Numbered from the stretch's first letter, positions 40,367 through 53,055 are shown. The stretch: 64,000 bases of DNA from Chiloscyllium plagiosum (GCF_004010195.1 NC_057720.1:31208150-31272149), one strand, 5' to 3'. The notes: generated by a model from the sequence alone, not told the origin. A program made the numbers and translations.

Positions 40367-40459
40367 TTCCTGAAGAAGGGCTAATGCCCGAAACGTCGAT
40401 TCTCCTGTTCCCTAGATGCTGCCTGACCTGCTGCGCTTTTCCAGCAACACATTTCCATC
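40367..40459 (+). mobile_element. Solo tail-less PLE mini-insertion (lineage A) with intact hammerhead core
   Basis: CTGAAGA(40370)-a-gggc-taat-gccc-GAAA-cg-TC. Perfect 14-bp TSD taaaataatccacc at 40353-40366 and 40460-40473. Confidence 0.92.
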
Positions 40460-41890
40460 TAAAATAATCCACCAACTAAATACTTAAATAAAATAATTGG
40501 GAAGTACCCTTCCTTGTAAAATGTCATTCAGATCTACGGAGGGGAAATCCCAACTGTTGGACTTGCAATGTTAACTATTTCTCTCTCCACAGATGCTGCC
40601 AGATGCTGCTGTGCATTTTTCAGGTTTCCAGCATCCACGGTATTTTATTTTTATAACACTAAAGGTACTTTGGTATTGAGCTATTCCTTTCAGAGACTCT
40701 CACAAGGATTAAAAATGATGTTCAGAGGGAAAATTAGCATTTCATTCACATTTTTATGTAAATTAATTAAATTAATTTTTAAATTATTGTTAAAACATAC
40801 TGTGACACCAGATGACATTCACAATTCACACTGGCAGCTTTGCTGTAAAAAGCAATCACAGCTAGTAAAACAGCTTTTCTGATTTTTTTTCATAAGAAAT
40901 GGAAATTAATATCATAAAGATGTTCTTTACAAGTAGCTAATAACTCAGTTACATGTGGTACATCACAAAGCTTCATTTCCCCTCTCAAACACCAATGTTC
41001 ACCACTTCCATCATTCCCCCAATCCCTCCCTCAATGGCTTCAGATATGCATAGAGCTTCTCGTTCTTCAATGTTGAATCTTTGACTATTATTTTCATTCT
41101 TCCATAATCAGCTTAAGGCAACAGCTGGCCGCACCAAGCTTTCAGCTCAGCTGGAGTGGCAACAGCAACAGAGGGTGCTGCCGAGGAAATCAAATCAAGC
41201 TGGAAATGGTTCGGAACATGCAGCTGCAGTCTGATTAATCCAGCCAACACTGAAAATATTGGCCCGGGTAGAACAGGAGCTTGAAATTATCATCTTCCCC
41301 TTTTGCATCGGCAAATTGATGATGAGAGAAGCAGTTCCATGCAATGACATACTCTCCACATTCCCTTCCAAACATCTTTTAGTGTTTTTACAGTTATTAT
41401 TTAAGCCCTGTTTTCTACTTGGCAATTAGAGATACATTCTTCACTACATGAGGGCAAAGAAAGCCTCTCAAACATTTTATCTTTCAGCTCATTCACTATT
41501 CTGCCACTATCACAAGTGTTATGTTGATTTATCTGTCCCTTATGTTATCTGGGTATAAAGGAAATCTATTTTTATCACAACCTTAGTTTCTTCAATAGTG
41601 AATTATGCTTGCTTTCTGAGCTATTTGTTCTCACACTCTCTGCGGGCTAGTAACCCCCAAAGTCAATACTAATGTTCTTGCAATTTACAGCCCGTTTCTT
41701 GCCATTACAACATTCACAGCCAAATACTTAAAGCTTCTGTTTTACTTGTAAGCTGAAGCATTTTGAATAACTGCCCCACTCACACCAGTCACATTCCCCT
41801 CCCTGTGTGATTAATTATGTGCTGATTTATACTTATAGCTATGTTGTTGTACATTTTTAAATATAAATTTCTAAACATACATATACATAT

Positions 41891-41995
41891 ACTCTGATGA
41901 AGGTTCATTGGACTTGAAACATTGATTCTGATTTTTCTCCACAAATGCTGCCAAATCTGCTGAGATTCTCCAGCAATTTCTGTTTTTATTTTAGA
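41891..41995 (+). mobile_element. Old PLE pseudo-LTR remnant (lineage D) with decayed hammerhead
   Basis: CTGATGAaggttcattggacttGAAAcattg...ccacaaatgctgccaaatctgctgagattctccagcaatttctg. Confidence 0.65.
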
Positions 41996-41996
41996 T

Positions 41997-42286
41997 ATTA
42001 GATTAGATTACTTACAGTGTGGAAACAGGCCCTTCGGTCCAACAAGTCCACACCGACCCTCCGAAGAGCAACCCACCCAGACTCATTCCCCAAATTTACC
42101 CCCTCACCTAACACTAAGGGCAATTTAGCATGGCCAATTCACCTATCCTGCACTTTTTTTTTGGACTGTGGGAGGAAACCAGAGCACCCGGAGGAAACCC
42201 ACGCAGACACAGGGAGAATGTACAAACTCCACACAGACAGTTGCTTGAGGCGGGAATTGAACTCGGGTCTCTGGCACTGTGAGGCA
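41997..42286 (-). mobile_element. HE1-type SINE lacking its 5'-most about 25 nt
   Basis: Closely matches 25685-25990. Confidence 0.95.
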
Positions 42287-43175
42287 AGGTTAGATCTCAC
42301 AGAATACAAGGAGAACTAGCCATTTGGATGCAGAACTGGCTCAAAGGTAGAAGACAGAGGGTGGTGGTGGAGGGTTGTTTTTCAGACTGGAGGCCTGTGA
42401 CCAGTAGAGTGCCACAAGGATCGGTGCTGGGTCCTCTACTTTTTCTCATTTACATAAATGATTTGGATGTGAGCATAAGAGGTACAGTTAGTAAGTTTGC
42501 AGATGACACCAAAATTGGAAGTGTAGTGGACAGCGAAGAGGGTTACCTCAGATTACAACAGGATCTGGACCAGATGGGTCAATGGGCTGAGAAGTGGCAA
42601 ATGGAGTTTAATTCAAATAAATGGGCCACTGTTGGAATATTGCATGCAATTCTGATCTCCTTCCTATCAGAAAGATGTTGTGATACTTGAAAGGGTTCAG
42701 AAAAGATTTTCAAGGATGCTGCCAGGGTTGGAGGATTTGAGCTGTAGGAAGAGGCTGAACAGGTTGGGGCTGTTTTCCCTGGAGCGTCAGAAGCTGAGGG
42801 CTGACCTTATAGAGGTTTACAAAATTATGAGGGGCATGGATAGGGTAAATAGGCAAAGTCTTTTCCCTGGGGTCGGGGAGTCTAGAGCTAGAGGGCATAG
42901 GTTTAGGATGAGAGGGGAAAGATATTAAAGAGACCTACAGGGCAACCTTTTCACACAGAGGGTGGAATGAGCTGCCAGAGGAAGTGGTGGAAGCTGGTAC
43001 AATTGCAACATTTAGGAGGCATTTAGATGGGTATATGAATAGGAAGGGTTTAGAGGGATATGGGCCGGGTGCTGGCAGGTTGGACTAGATTGGGTTGGGA
43101 TATCTGGTCGGCAAGGAGGGGTTGGACTGAAGGGTCTGTTTCCATGCTGTACATCCGTATGGTTCTATAACTCTA
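42287..43175 (+). mobile_element. CR1/HER1 3' part (RT core to tail, internal deletion)
   Basis: NWLKGRRQRVVVEG..VPQGSVLGPLLFLIYINDLD..SKFADDTK; LERVQKRFSRMLPG. Confidence 0.95.
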
Positions 43176-44039
43176 TTTGGAGTAGAGATAGTGAAGCAAT
43201 CCAACACAGATGCATTGGTGCTTTAAGTGAATAATGGATTGCTATTTACCATACGCTATCGTCCAAAAAATAAACAAATCTACAAAATTGTCAGAATTGT
43301 CTTAGTCTACGTCTCAAACAGCAAAAGGTTTTTTAAATTTTTAATGTCTCAAAAATCTGCAGAAATTGTTTTTACAGGTAAGTCGTCACTGGACTAATGT
43401 AAAAAACAGCACTTCAGACTATGGCAAATCTAACTAATAGTTCTAAAGATCATTAAAGGAGGCTGAAACCAACAGTCATATTTAAAAGCTTTTGATGAAG
43501 AGCTAAATATTGGTGAAACTTCATGTTTTGAAACCAGATACAAAGAACATGGAGTCAGCATGTCTGATCTGGGCATATTATAAAACACAGCCACAGAAAT
43601 TAAATTAATTGAAATGGTGTAAAGTTTATTTGGAATTTGAAAGAAACTGGTGGGAGCTGACACAGTTTCATTGACGTCAATATTTGTCAAGTTTGTCATC
43701 TTTTGAAATCTAGAGAAACCAACTTCAAAAGCACTTTTTAAAATGTTGAATCAGGTTTACTCTGTTTTAAATTCAACAGGCAACAACTTGCAAGGAGTCA
43801 ATAATGGAAGGACTGCATTCTTGATGGTCCTGGAATACATCACAAGGAAAAAAATCTTTTAGAAAGGTGCACAAACAACATCAAGGTGGGCTGTAACATT
43901 ATGATTTGAACAAAGAATTTGTTCGGTGATCAATTTAGTTTAAGGTGGACTTTGATAGATCATGACCAGCCTACCCACTGAAATAAAATCATAAAGACCA
44001 TTTAAAAGAATGCTTAGGTACATCGGCCTTTTCTTTTCT

Positions 44040-44865
44040 TCACTTGCAAGACTTCAATGACACTGGCTGGCCAGCATTTATTGTCCATCTCTAGTTGTCC
44101 TTGAGAAGGTGATGGTGACTATCCTTCTTGAAGCGCTGCAGTCCATGTACTGCAGATCGGCCCACAATGCCCTGAGAAAGGGGATTCCAGCATTTCAACC
44201 TAACAACAATGAAGAAATGATGATAAATTTCCAAGTCAAGGTAGTGAGCAGCTTGAAAAGGAACTTGCAGGGATGGTGGTGTTCCCATACATCTGCTGCT
44301 CATTTTCCTTCTAACTAGAAGTGGTTGTGGGCTTAGAAGGTGGTGACGAGCTGTTTTCTTGAACTATTTCAGTCCATTGTAGGTAGACCCACAATGCTGT
44401 CTATGGATTTTTGGTGAATCTCTGCAGTGCATCTTATGGATAGTACATACTGCTGCTACTGAGCATTGGAGGTGGAGGGAGTCAATGCTTGGTTGCTTTG
44501 TCCTGCATGGTGTTAAGCTTCCTGAATGTTTGTGGAGCTGCACTCATCCAGGCAAGTGGGGAGTACTCCATCACATTCATGACTTATGCCTTGTAGATGA
44601 TAGATAGGTCTTGGTGAGTCAGGAGATGAGTTATTCGCCGCAACATTCCTAGCCTCTGACCTGCCATTGTGTTTATGTGGGGACATATGAGTTTCTGGTT
44701 AATGGTAACACCCAGGGCATTGGTAATAGGGGATTCAGTGATGGAAACAGCATTGAATATCAAGATGTGGTGGTTAGACTGTCTCGTATTGGAGATGGTC
44801 ATTCTCCAGCATTTGTGTGATATGAATATTACTTGCCACTTATCAGTGCAGGCCTGGATATTTGC
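44040..44865 (-). mobile_element. Second CR1/L2-group LINE, 3' part
   Basis: NIQACTDKWQVIFISHKCWRMTISN...LGVTINQKL...AGQRLGMLRR..LSIIYKA. Confidence 0.85.
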
Positions 44866-44889
44866 GATTTTGGAGAAGATTTGTAGCTC

Positions 44890-45340
44890 AGGATGTGGAT
44901 CAGGTTGTAAGTTTGCTCGCTGAGCTGGTAGGTTTCTTCTCAGACATTTCGTCACTATGCTAGGTAACATCATCAGTAAGCCTCCAATGAAGTGCTGGTG
45001 TTCTGTCCCGCTTGCTATTTATCTGTCTTGATCTGTTGTGGTGCGTGATATCACTTCAGGTTCTTTTTCTGAGAGGTTGGTAAATGGGGTCCAAATTCAT
45101 ATGTTTGTTAATGGAGTAATGGTTTGAACGCTAGGCCTCTAGGAATTCCCGTGCGTGTCTTTGTTTAGCCTGTCCCAGGAAGGATGCGTTGTCCCAGTCG
45201 AACTGGTGTCCCTCTTCATCCGTGTATGGATACTAGTGACATTAGTGCAACAAACATTACATTGGACAGACAGGCAGGAAACTAGCCACCAGGATACATG
45301 AGCACCAACTAGCCACCAAAAGGTATGACCAACTATCACC
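44890..45340 (-). mobile_element. Penelope-like element (lineage C, Penelope/Poseidon-type) 3' end with inverted 5' segment
   Basis: The minus strand 45240-45060 encodes the GIY-YIG C-terminus (EGHQFDWDN..GQAKQRHAREFLEA). The plus strand 45247-45340 encodes CNKHYIGQTGRKLATRIHEHQLATKR. A hammerhead lies at 44938-44980. Confidence 0.88.
44938..44980 (-). ncRNA. Minimal type I hammerhead ribozyme motif (lineage C)
   Basis: ctta-CTGATGA-t-gttac(ctagcata)gtgac-GAAA-tg-TC-tgag: 4-bp stem I, 5-bp stem II and an intact core. Confidence 0.7.
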
Positions 45341-46490
45341 ACCCACTTCAAATTCAATAACAAGTCAAATGAACATCCATGGGATCACTAATATCAGGGC
45401 TCATAGTGGAAATAGTAATACAGAGACTTGAACAAGCTCCCCTCCCATCTATCCAACCCAAACTTTGGGTCCGCTTCGTAGATGACACCTTTGTCATCAT
45501 AAAACGGAACAAATTAGAAGAAACATACAACACCATCAACAATATCCTGACAGGCATAAAGTTCACAAAAGAGAACAACAGACTCCCATTCCTAGATGTG
45601 ACAGTTGAACGTACAGTTAAAAGAGAGCTTCACACCAGTATCTACAGAAAAACAACAAACACAGACCAAATATTTAACTTCAGAAGCAATCATCCCAACA
45701 TCCACAAACAGAACAGCATCAAGACATTATATCAATGAGCTACATCACACTGCAGCAGCCAAGAACTACAACAAGCAGAAGAAAAATATCTATACAATGT
45801 TTTCAAGAAAAACAGGTACCCAATAAACACAATCTGCCGATTCCTCAGAAACAAACCCAAATAAGCAGATACAACACAACCAAAAACTATAGCCACATTA
45901 CCTTACTTCAAAGACATAGCAGAAATGACTTCCAGACTACTCTTGGTATTATGGTAGCCCACAAACCTATCAACATAGTTAAACAGCGACTAATTAATCT
46001 GAACAATCCGTTAGATACTACCTGCAAAACTAACATCATTTACAAGATACTACGCAAGAACTGTAACAAACACTACATCAGACAAACTAGCAGGAAACTT
46101 GCCACCAGGATACATGAACACCAATTGGCCACAAAAAGACATGACCCACTATCACTAGTTTCTATATATACAGACAAAGAAGGACACCACTTTGACTGGG
46201 ACAACACACACATCCTAGCTCAGGTGAACCAAAGACACGCACGAGCATTCATAGAGGCGTGGCATTCTAACCAGAACTCCATCAATAAAGACATTGATTT
46301 AGATCCTATCTACCTTCCCCGAAAAAAGGAACAGGAAATTACATCACCCACCTTAAGAAACAAAGACTGATAAATAGAGAGGCAGTACATACCACCAGCG
46401 CTTCACCGGAGACTCTCACTGATGATGTTACCTGGTATGGTGACAAAACATCTGAAAACAATCTTTCAAGCTCAGCGAGCTCATTTACAT
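45340..46490 (+). mobile_element. Penelope-like element (lineage C): RT C-terminal half, GIY-YIG and pseudo-LTR
   Basis: MGSLISGLIVEIVIQRLE..PKLWVRFVDDTFVI..LPFLDVTV..TSIYRKTTNTDQ; NIIYKI..NCNKHYIRQTSRKLATRIHEH..IEAWHSNQNSINK. Decayed HHR CTGATGAtgttacc..ggtgacAAAAcatc from 46419. Confidence 0.93.
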
Positions 46491-47799
46491 GCATAATGAA
46501 ACAAGGTCTCATGATAGAGCACTCTCTTACAGCCTCAAGATGAAACTGCAGCAAGATCACCTTGACAAAGTGAATGGTTTTCATACCCCTCAGCAAACTC
46601 CATCAATACTCTGTGTCTGCACAATGAGACCAAGAATATTATATTATGGGAGCAAGTGAAAGACAAATATGGAAGATTCTGTCATTACAAGAAGCTTTGA
46701 ACAGCTCACAGGATCCAATCAAGCAGATGTTTGGCTGAATTGGCAGTGAAGGTATTGCACTGCATTTGGCCTGGCTGTGAAGTCAAGCAGTAAGCGGGTC
46801 AGTACGCTATCGAACATAACAGTTAGCTGTGCAGACGATATTCCAGCCAGGCAAGTGATTGACAAAAGAAAAAGCTATGTATGGGACAATAATAAAACAC
46901 TTGATGTTTCCTTCAATCTGTGAAAAATACCATTGTTGAGTGGGCAAAATTTAATAAGGGCACCACAACAATGATACTTTTATCAACGTTCTGTACAAAC
47001 CTTCAGAAAGCTGTGGCAATGGCAGCTCAAAAATTAATCAAATCAATGACAGAATTGTTGCCGGAATCATTATGGCCAGAAATTGTGAAGAGAAATCACT
47101 AAAAAAAAACTGTATTCTCTTCTATAATTTTCATTTTAAATTTCTGTTTCTTTTAAAAATTGATAATCTTGCTGGAAAAGGGAACAAGAAATAGCTGTAC
47201 ATCAGGAATTGAAATGAAGGGAAAATCTCAAGAAAATTGCAATAATCAAGGAATAGCACTGAATAAATTGTTAGAACTATGAGTTGACAAGTCCCTAAGA
47301 ACTGATGAATTTCATTCTAGGGTCTTAAAAAACATAGCTAGTGAGATAGTTCATGCATTGGTTTTCATTTTCAAAAATTCATTAGATTTTGGGGAGGTTC
47401 CTTTAGATTGGAAAGTAACTATTACAACTCCTTTATTCAGGGTGTGAGACAGAAAGCAGGAAACTACAGTCCAATTAGCTCAATATCTGTCTTTGGGAAT
47501 ATATTAGAAGTAATGATTAAAGGCATTATTACAGGGCATTTAAATAAGTTCAAGGTAATCAGTTAGAGCCAACATGATTTCATCAACTTGAAATTATGTT
47601 TAACTAATTTTTCGAGTTCTTTGAAGAAGTAAGTTGCACTGTAGATAAAGGGGAACTAGTGGATATATTGTACATAGACTTCCAGAAGGTATTTGAGAAG
47701 GTGCCACACCAAAAGTTATTGTGGAAATCAAAAGTATATGTATTGGTTGTAACATATTGTACTATGAAACCTCGTTGATTGTTTTTCCTACAACAGCAT

Positions 47800-48111
47800 T
47801 GAATTAGAATCCCTACAGTGTGGAAACAGGTCCTTTGGCCCAAAAAGTCCACACCAAGCCTCCGAAGAGTAACCCACCCTGACCCATTCCCCCCTGCCTA
47901 ATAACTTACACTATGGGCAATTTAGCATGGCCAATTCACCAAACGTACGCATCTTTTGGATTGTGGGAGGAAACCAGAGCACCCTGAGGAAACCCACACA
48001 GACACAGGGAGAATGTGCAAACGCCAGACGACAGTTGCCTGAGGGTGGAATGGAACCCAGGTCCCTGGCGCTGTGAGGGAGCAATGCTTACCACTGAGCT
48101 ACTGTGCTGCC
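47800..48111 (-). mobile_element. HE1-type SINE
   Basis: Head ggcagcacagtagctcagtggtaagcattgct, tail ccacactgtagggattctaattc. Confidence 0.93.
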
Positions 48112-48197
48112 TGTTGATTGACGTTTGGTTGACTAATAGGAAACAGAGACTAGGAATAAATCATAATCGCATAACTTCTTCACAACCACAATAAATG

Positions 48198-48285
48198 ATT
48201 CTGAAAAGGGGTTACACAACCCAAAATTCTGCTTTCTCTTCACAGATGCTGCCAGACCTGCTGAGATTTTACAGCAATTTCCAAT
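48198..48285 (+). mobile_element. Old PLE pseudo-LTR remnant (lineage D)
   Basis: ttCTGAAAAggggttacacaacccaaaa...cacagatgctgccagacctgctgagattttacagcaatttc. Confidence 0.55.
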
Positions 48286-48565
48286 TTCATACTCGGATAA
48301 ATTGATGATTTCAGGCTGTCAGGATGTCACATATGGTGTGCTGCAGGGGCTGGAGACTTAAGTCTTTACAATTTATACAAATAATTTGGATGAAGTGACC
48401 AAAGGTATGGTAGCTAAATTCACTGATGACATAAAGATAAGGAGGAAAGTGAGGAGCCTATGGAGGGATACAGAAGAATTAAGTGAGCAGGCAAAGATCT
48501 GCAAATGGAGTACAATGTGGTTAAGTGCAAAACTGTCCATTTTGACAGGAAGAATAAAGATAAGA

Positions 48566-48894
48566 TGGCACAGTGGTTAGCACTGCAACTTCACAGTGCC
48601 AGGGACCTGCGTTCGATTCCAGCCTTGGGCAACTCTCTGTACAGAAAGTTTGCGCATTCACCCTCTGTCTGCATGGGTTTCGTCCAGATGCTCCAGTTTC
48701 CTTCAGCAATCCATATATGCACAGATTAGATGGATTGGCCATTGTGTTCATGGATGTGTTAGGCTAGGCAGATTAGCCATGGGAAATATGGGGTTACAGG
48801 ATATGGTTGGGGGGCTGGATCTGGGTGAAATGTTCTTTGGAGGGCTGGCGAGACTTGATGGGTTCCTTCCGCACTATAGGGATTCTGTGATTCT
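48566..48894 (+). mobile_element. HE1-type SINE
   Basis: tggcacagtggttagcactgc (A box), gcgttcgattcc (B box), tail cactatagggattctgtgattcta. Confidence 0.9.
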
Positions 48895-48994
48895 ACACCA
48901 CCTTACCTAAATGATGACAGGTTACAGAATTCTGAGAAGTAGAGAGATCTGGGTATCTGAATGCATTAAATGTAGATGGTTAGTGTGTGGATAA

Positions 48995-49130
48995 GCCCTT
49001 CTTCAGGAATTCCTGAAGAAGGGCTCATACCCGAAACGTCGATTCTCCTGCTCCTTGCCTGACCTGCTGCGCTTTTCCAGCAACACATTTTTAGCTCTGA
49101 TCTCCAGCATCTGCAGTCCTCACTTTCTCC
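48995..49130 (+). mobile_element. PLE mini-insertion (lineage A) with palindromic head, hammerhead core and 35-nt tail
   Basis: Perfect 32-bp palindrome at 48994-49025; CTGAAGAagggctcatacccGAAAcgTC. 14-bp TSD tagtgtgtggataa at 48981-48994 and 49131-49144. Confidence 0.93.
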
Positions 49131-50169
49131 TAGTGTGTGGATAAAGCAAGTTATCAGGAAAGCTCATACAATGTTATGTTTTATTGCAAGAGGAATTGAA
49201 GGCAAGACTAGAGGGGTTATAAGGGGCATTGATAACAGCACACCTCGAATACTGTGAACAGTACTAATCACTATACTTATGGATGGATGTTGATGTGTTG
49301 GAAGCTGTTCAGAGAATGTTTACTGGACTAAAATCTGGAATGAGTGGATTACCTTATGTGAAAAGGCAAGACAGGCTCGGCCTGTGTTATCTGGAGTTTA
49401 GTAGAATCATGGGTGACATAATTGAAACACAAAAGATCGTGAGAGGACTTAATCAGGTAAATCTGGAAAGGATGTTTTCTCTTGTGAGACAATCTGGAAC
49501 ATTCCAGTTAAAGCTGACCCAATGGCTTGGAGATGAGCTATCAGCTTGAAGCCAGTTCTGAACAAAGAAAAACATCAAAACCCGTTATGTTAAATCAGGT
49601 GTTAATGCTTTTAGTCAACTCTACACCTTGCAATGGAAACTATGATAGGGAGGTAAAGTTACATGGTTAATGACATTTCAGTCGGCCTCTAGAGATGGGT
49701 CATCGGCATGTGAAATGCCTTTTTGTCACAAGAATACAATCGGAGTTTATTGAATGGCTCACATGCATAATTCCAACTTTCTAAATTAGTTGCAGTTTGA
49801 CGCCCAGACAGAAAGAGAGAGATAGCAGGACTTGGCAGATTGGATCTGATCCTCCACCCCTGTCTCCAAGTTGCTGGGCAGAAAGAAGCCTACACGTTAT
49901 CTTCCATTAGGAAAACTAATGGACCCAGTTCATTGAGGAAATTATTATTGGATATTGACCTCTGGGAAATCATAACTCATGTTACCTGATGTTTTTTCAG
50001 AACTCTGGAATTATCCAAAATGTAAGTTATAACTTATCTGCTCTCCGGTACTGCCCTTCCTTAATTCCCTGAGTTCTTATCTGTGTGAATAGAATTGCGA
50101 AACAATTCTCCTGCCCCATTTTGAATGTTTTGTTAATAAAGACTATCTTTGATTTAGTCTTAAAGGCAT

Positions 50170-51320
50170 TTCCTGTGGGTACAACACCTCAAGAAGGATA
50201 TATTGGCCTTGGAGAGAGCACATCGTAGGTTTACAAGAATGATACCCAAACATCAGGGGTTAAGTTATAGAACATAGAACATTACAGAGCAGTACAGGCC
50301 CTTCGGCCCTCGATGTTTCACCAACCTGTCATACCAATCTGAAGCTTATCTAACCTACACTATTCCACATACATCCATATGCTTGTCCAATGACGACTTA
50401 AATGTACTTAAAGTTGGCGAATCTACTACCATTGCAGGCAAAGCATTCCATACCCTTACTACTCTCTGAGTAAAAAAACTACCGCTGGCATCTATCTATC
50501 ACCCCTCAATTTAAAGCTATGCCCCTTCGTGCTCGCCATCACCATACTTGGAAAAAGGCTCTCCCTCTCCATCCTATCTAACCCTCTGATTATCTTATAT
50601 GTCTCTATTAAGTCATCTTTCAACCTTCTTCTCTCTAATGAAAACAATGTCAAGTCCCTCAGCCTTTCCTCGTAAGACCTCCCCTCCATACCAAGCAACA
50701 TCCTAGTAAATCTCCTCTGCACCCTTTCCAAACCTTCCTCGTCCTTCTTATAATGCGGTGACCAGAACTGTACACAATGCTCCAAGTGTGGCCACACCAG
50801 AGTTTTGTGTATAACCTCATGGTTCCGGAACCCGATCCCTCTATTAATAAAAGATAAAACACTGTATGCCTTCTTAACAACCCTGTCAACCTGGGTGGCA
50901 ACTTTCAAGGATTTATGAGGAGAGAGTACACAAATTAAGTCTGTTTTCTCTAGAAGTTAGATGATTAAGGGGTGACCTGATTAAATTCTTTAAGATATTA
51001 ACAGGAAAAGACGGGGAGATGAATTTTTCCCACTATTTGGGGATTCTAAGGGGGCATAACCTGAGAATTAGGAAAGATAATTCAGGAGAGATGTTAGGAA
51101 GCACTTCTACATACAAAGGGTGGCAGATATGTGGAACCTGCTTCCACAAATGTTAGTGAATGCTGATCAGTTGTTAATTTTAAATCTGAGATAGATACAT
51201 TTTTGTTAAGCAAAGATATGAGCCAAAGGCAGGTATATTGTTAGTGACACAGATGAGCCATGATGTCATTGAATGGTGGAATAGGCCTGAAGGTCTGATC
51301 TGCCTATGTCTGTTCCTATG
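50170..51320 (+). mobile_element. Old CR1 3' fragment interrupted by a younger CR1
   Basis: HLKKDILALERAHRRFTRMIP...LRGDLIKFFKIL...HFYIQRVADMWNLLP. Confidence 0.85.
50268..50912 (-). mobile_element. Younger CR1 3' fragment nested in opposite orientation
   Basis: KVATQVDRVVKKAY..LVWPHLEHCVQFWSPHYKKD..LERVQRRFTRML, tail (ctatgtt)n. Confidence 0.93.
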
Positions 51321-51502
51321 TTTCCAGTGACATTTCAAAAATTTTGAACCCAAAATCTGGGGTTTGGCGAACATGCTTTGGTCTATCTCTATAAGAGATG
51401 GGAGCAAAAAAGGAACTGATTAAATAAACAATACCTCACTGTCTCAGGTTTGAAAGAGGAAAATAAATGATAATTTTAATTCAAACCCATTTCCCCTTTC
51501 AT

Positions 51503-51779
51503 GGCATGGTGGCATAGTGGTTATCACTGCTGTCTCACAGCGCCAGAGACCTGGGTTCAATTCCTGCCTCAGGCAACTGCCTGTGTGGAGTTTGCACATT
51601 TTCCCAGTGTCTGCATGGGTTTCCTCCCACAGTCCAAAAATGTGCAGGTTAGGTGAATTGACCACGCTAAACTGCCCGTAGTGTTAGGTGAAGGGGAATG
51701 GGTCTGGGTGGGTTGCTCGTTGGAGGGTTGGTGTGGACTTGTTGGGCCGAAGTGCCTGTTGCCACACTGTAAGTAATCT
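51503..51779 (+). mobile_element. HE1-type SINE
   Basis: tggcatagtggttatcactgctg, gggttcaattcc, tail ccacactgtaagtaatct. Confidence 0.93.
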
Positions 51780-52769
51780 GTGACAACCTTAAATACAATA
51801 TTATCGGTCCATTTGCATTTAATAAAGATTAATAAAGACAATTCAACTTAGCAAACAAACTGAGGTCAGGAGGCAATGTTGATCATGATATAGGATGACA
51901 GGGAGAACAACATTCCAAAATTGACCAATTCAGTTGAGCATGTTAAGCTTAAAAAAAAGGAGTCATTGTTCACGAACAGTTATGAAAAGAAGTTGGGGAT
52001 GTGTGGTGGGTGTGCATCAATCAGCCAAGCTAATTGCTATCGGTAGAGATGAGAAAAGACATGTGAATATTGTCCCAATTGTCACCATGTGAATTTTGAT
52101 AGGGATAGGCATTTTTGCCAGGTGAAGGGTCATTTCCAAGTTATGATTTGCTACAGGAAGCTTTTATTCAGTAAGCCAAAAGAGAAGCTCTCAAAAGATT
52201 GCAAGGTCTGTGAAACAGAAGTGTCAAAAGGTGTGGAGTGATGTTTCTGTGGAAAAAAATCAAAGAACCAAGTGGAAGTTACTGGAGTTGATTTCCTCAT
52301 AGGGAAATGGGAGAAGTTTTAAGTTAGATACACATGTTACAGTGTCAGTTCTTTCTGTTGCTGAACCATGGTTGGGTTCACTTCAGCTGTCATGCATAAA
52401 ATTGCATGGACCAAGAAGTCTAGAATTCAAGGTTATAAGACAATCAAATTCATTCCTTTAAAAGAGAGAAAATCACTGAAATTTTATGTGTCATCATAAG
52501 CCAGAGTTGTTCATGCTTACGTAAGAAAGCTTTCTCACTTTAAACCTGATCTGTCAGGCAGGTACCTATCACTGGAAAACCAAGACAATCAATTTAAGTG
52601 TTTCAGAGCAATCTGTGTAGCTATTCACAAGACTAGGAAAACTGAAAGCAGCATCTCACATCACTGTACATCCTGAAATAAAAAGCCAGTCTATTGTTTA
52701 TGCCCAGAAAATTTCCACAATCACTCTAGTCACAGGGAAAGAAGGAAACTTGCTTCTAGGTTGAAAACC

Positions 52770-53055
52770 TTGCTGATTAAAAAACCTATCTCAGCTTTGA
52801 ATATTGTTAATGGCCCAGCCTTGACAGCCCTCTGGCAAAGAGAGAAGAAATTCCTCCCTGTTAAACGTGTGAACTCTTATTCTAAGATTATGCCCAAGAG
52901 TCTCCCACAAAGGGAAACCACCTCTCCACATCCACCCTGTCAAGTCCCCTGAGAATCTTGTATACATAAGACACCCTCCATACCCACAGTCAAAACTAGT
53001 GAGTCTTCTCTGGACTGCCTCCAATATACTAGTGTGATTTCCCTTAGATAAGGGA
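52770..53055 (-). mobile_element. Old CR1 3' fragment
   Basis: LEAVQRRLT...GHNLRIRVHTFNREEFL. Confidence 0.7.

Larger units (their letters stand above)
47230..49500 (+). mobile_element. Old CR1 ORF2 fragment carrying nested SINEs and PLEs
   Basis: NYSPIS, YIDFQKVFEKVPHQKL, AKFTDDIKI, LEAVQRMFT remnants. Confidence 0.85.
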
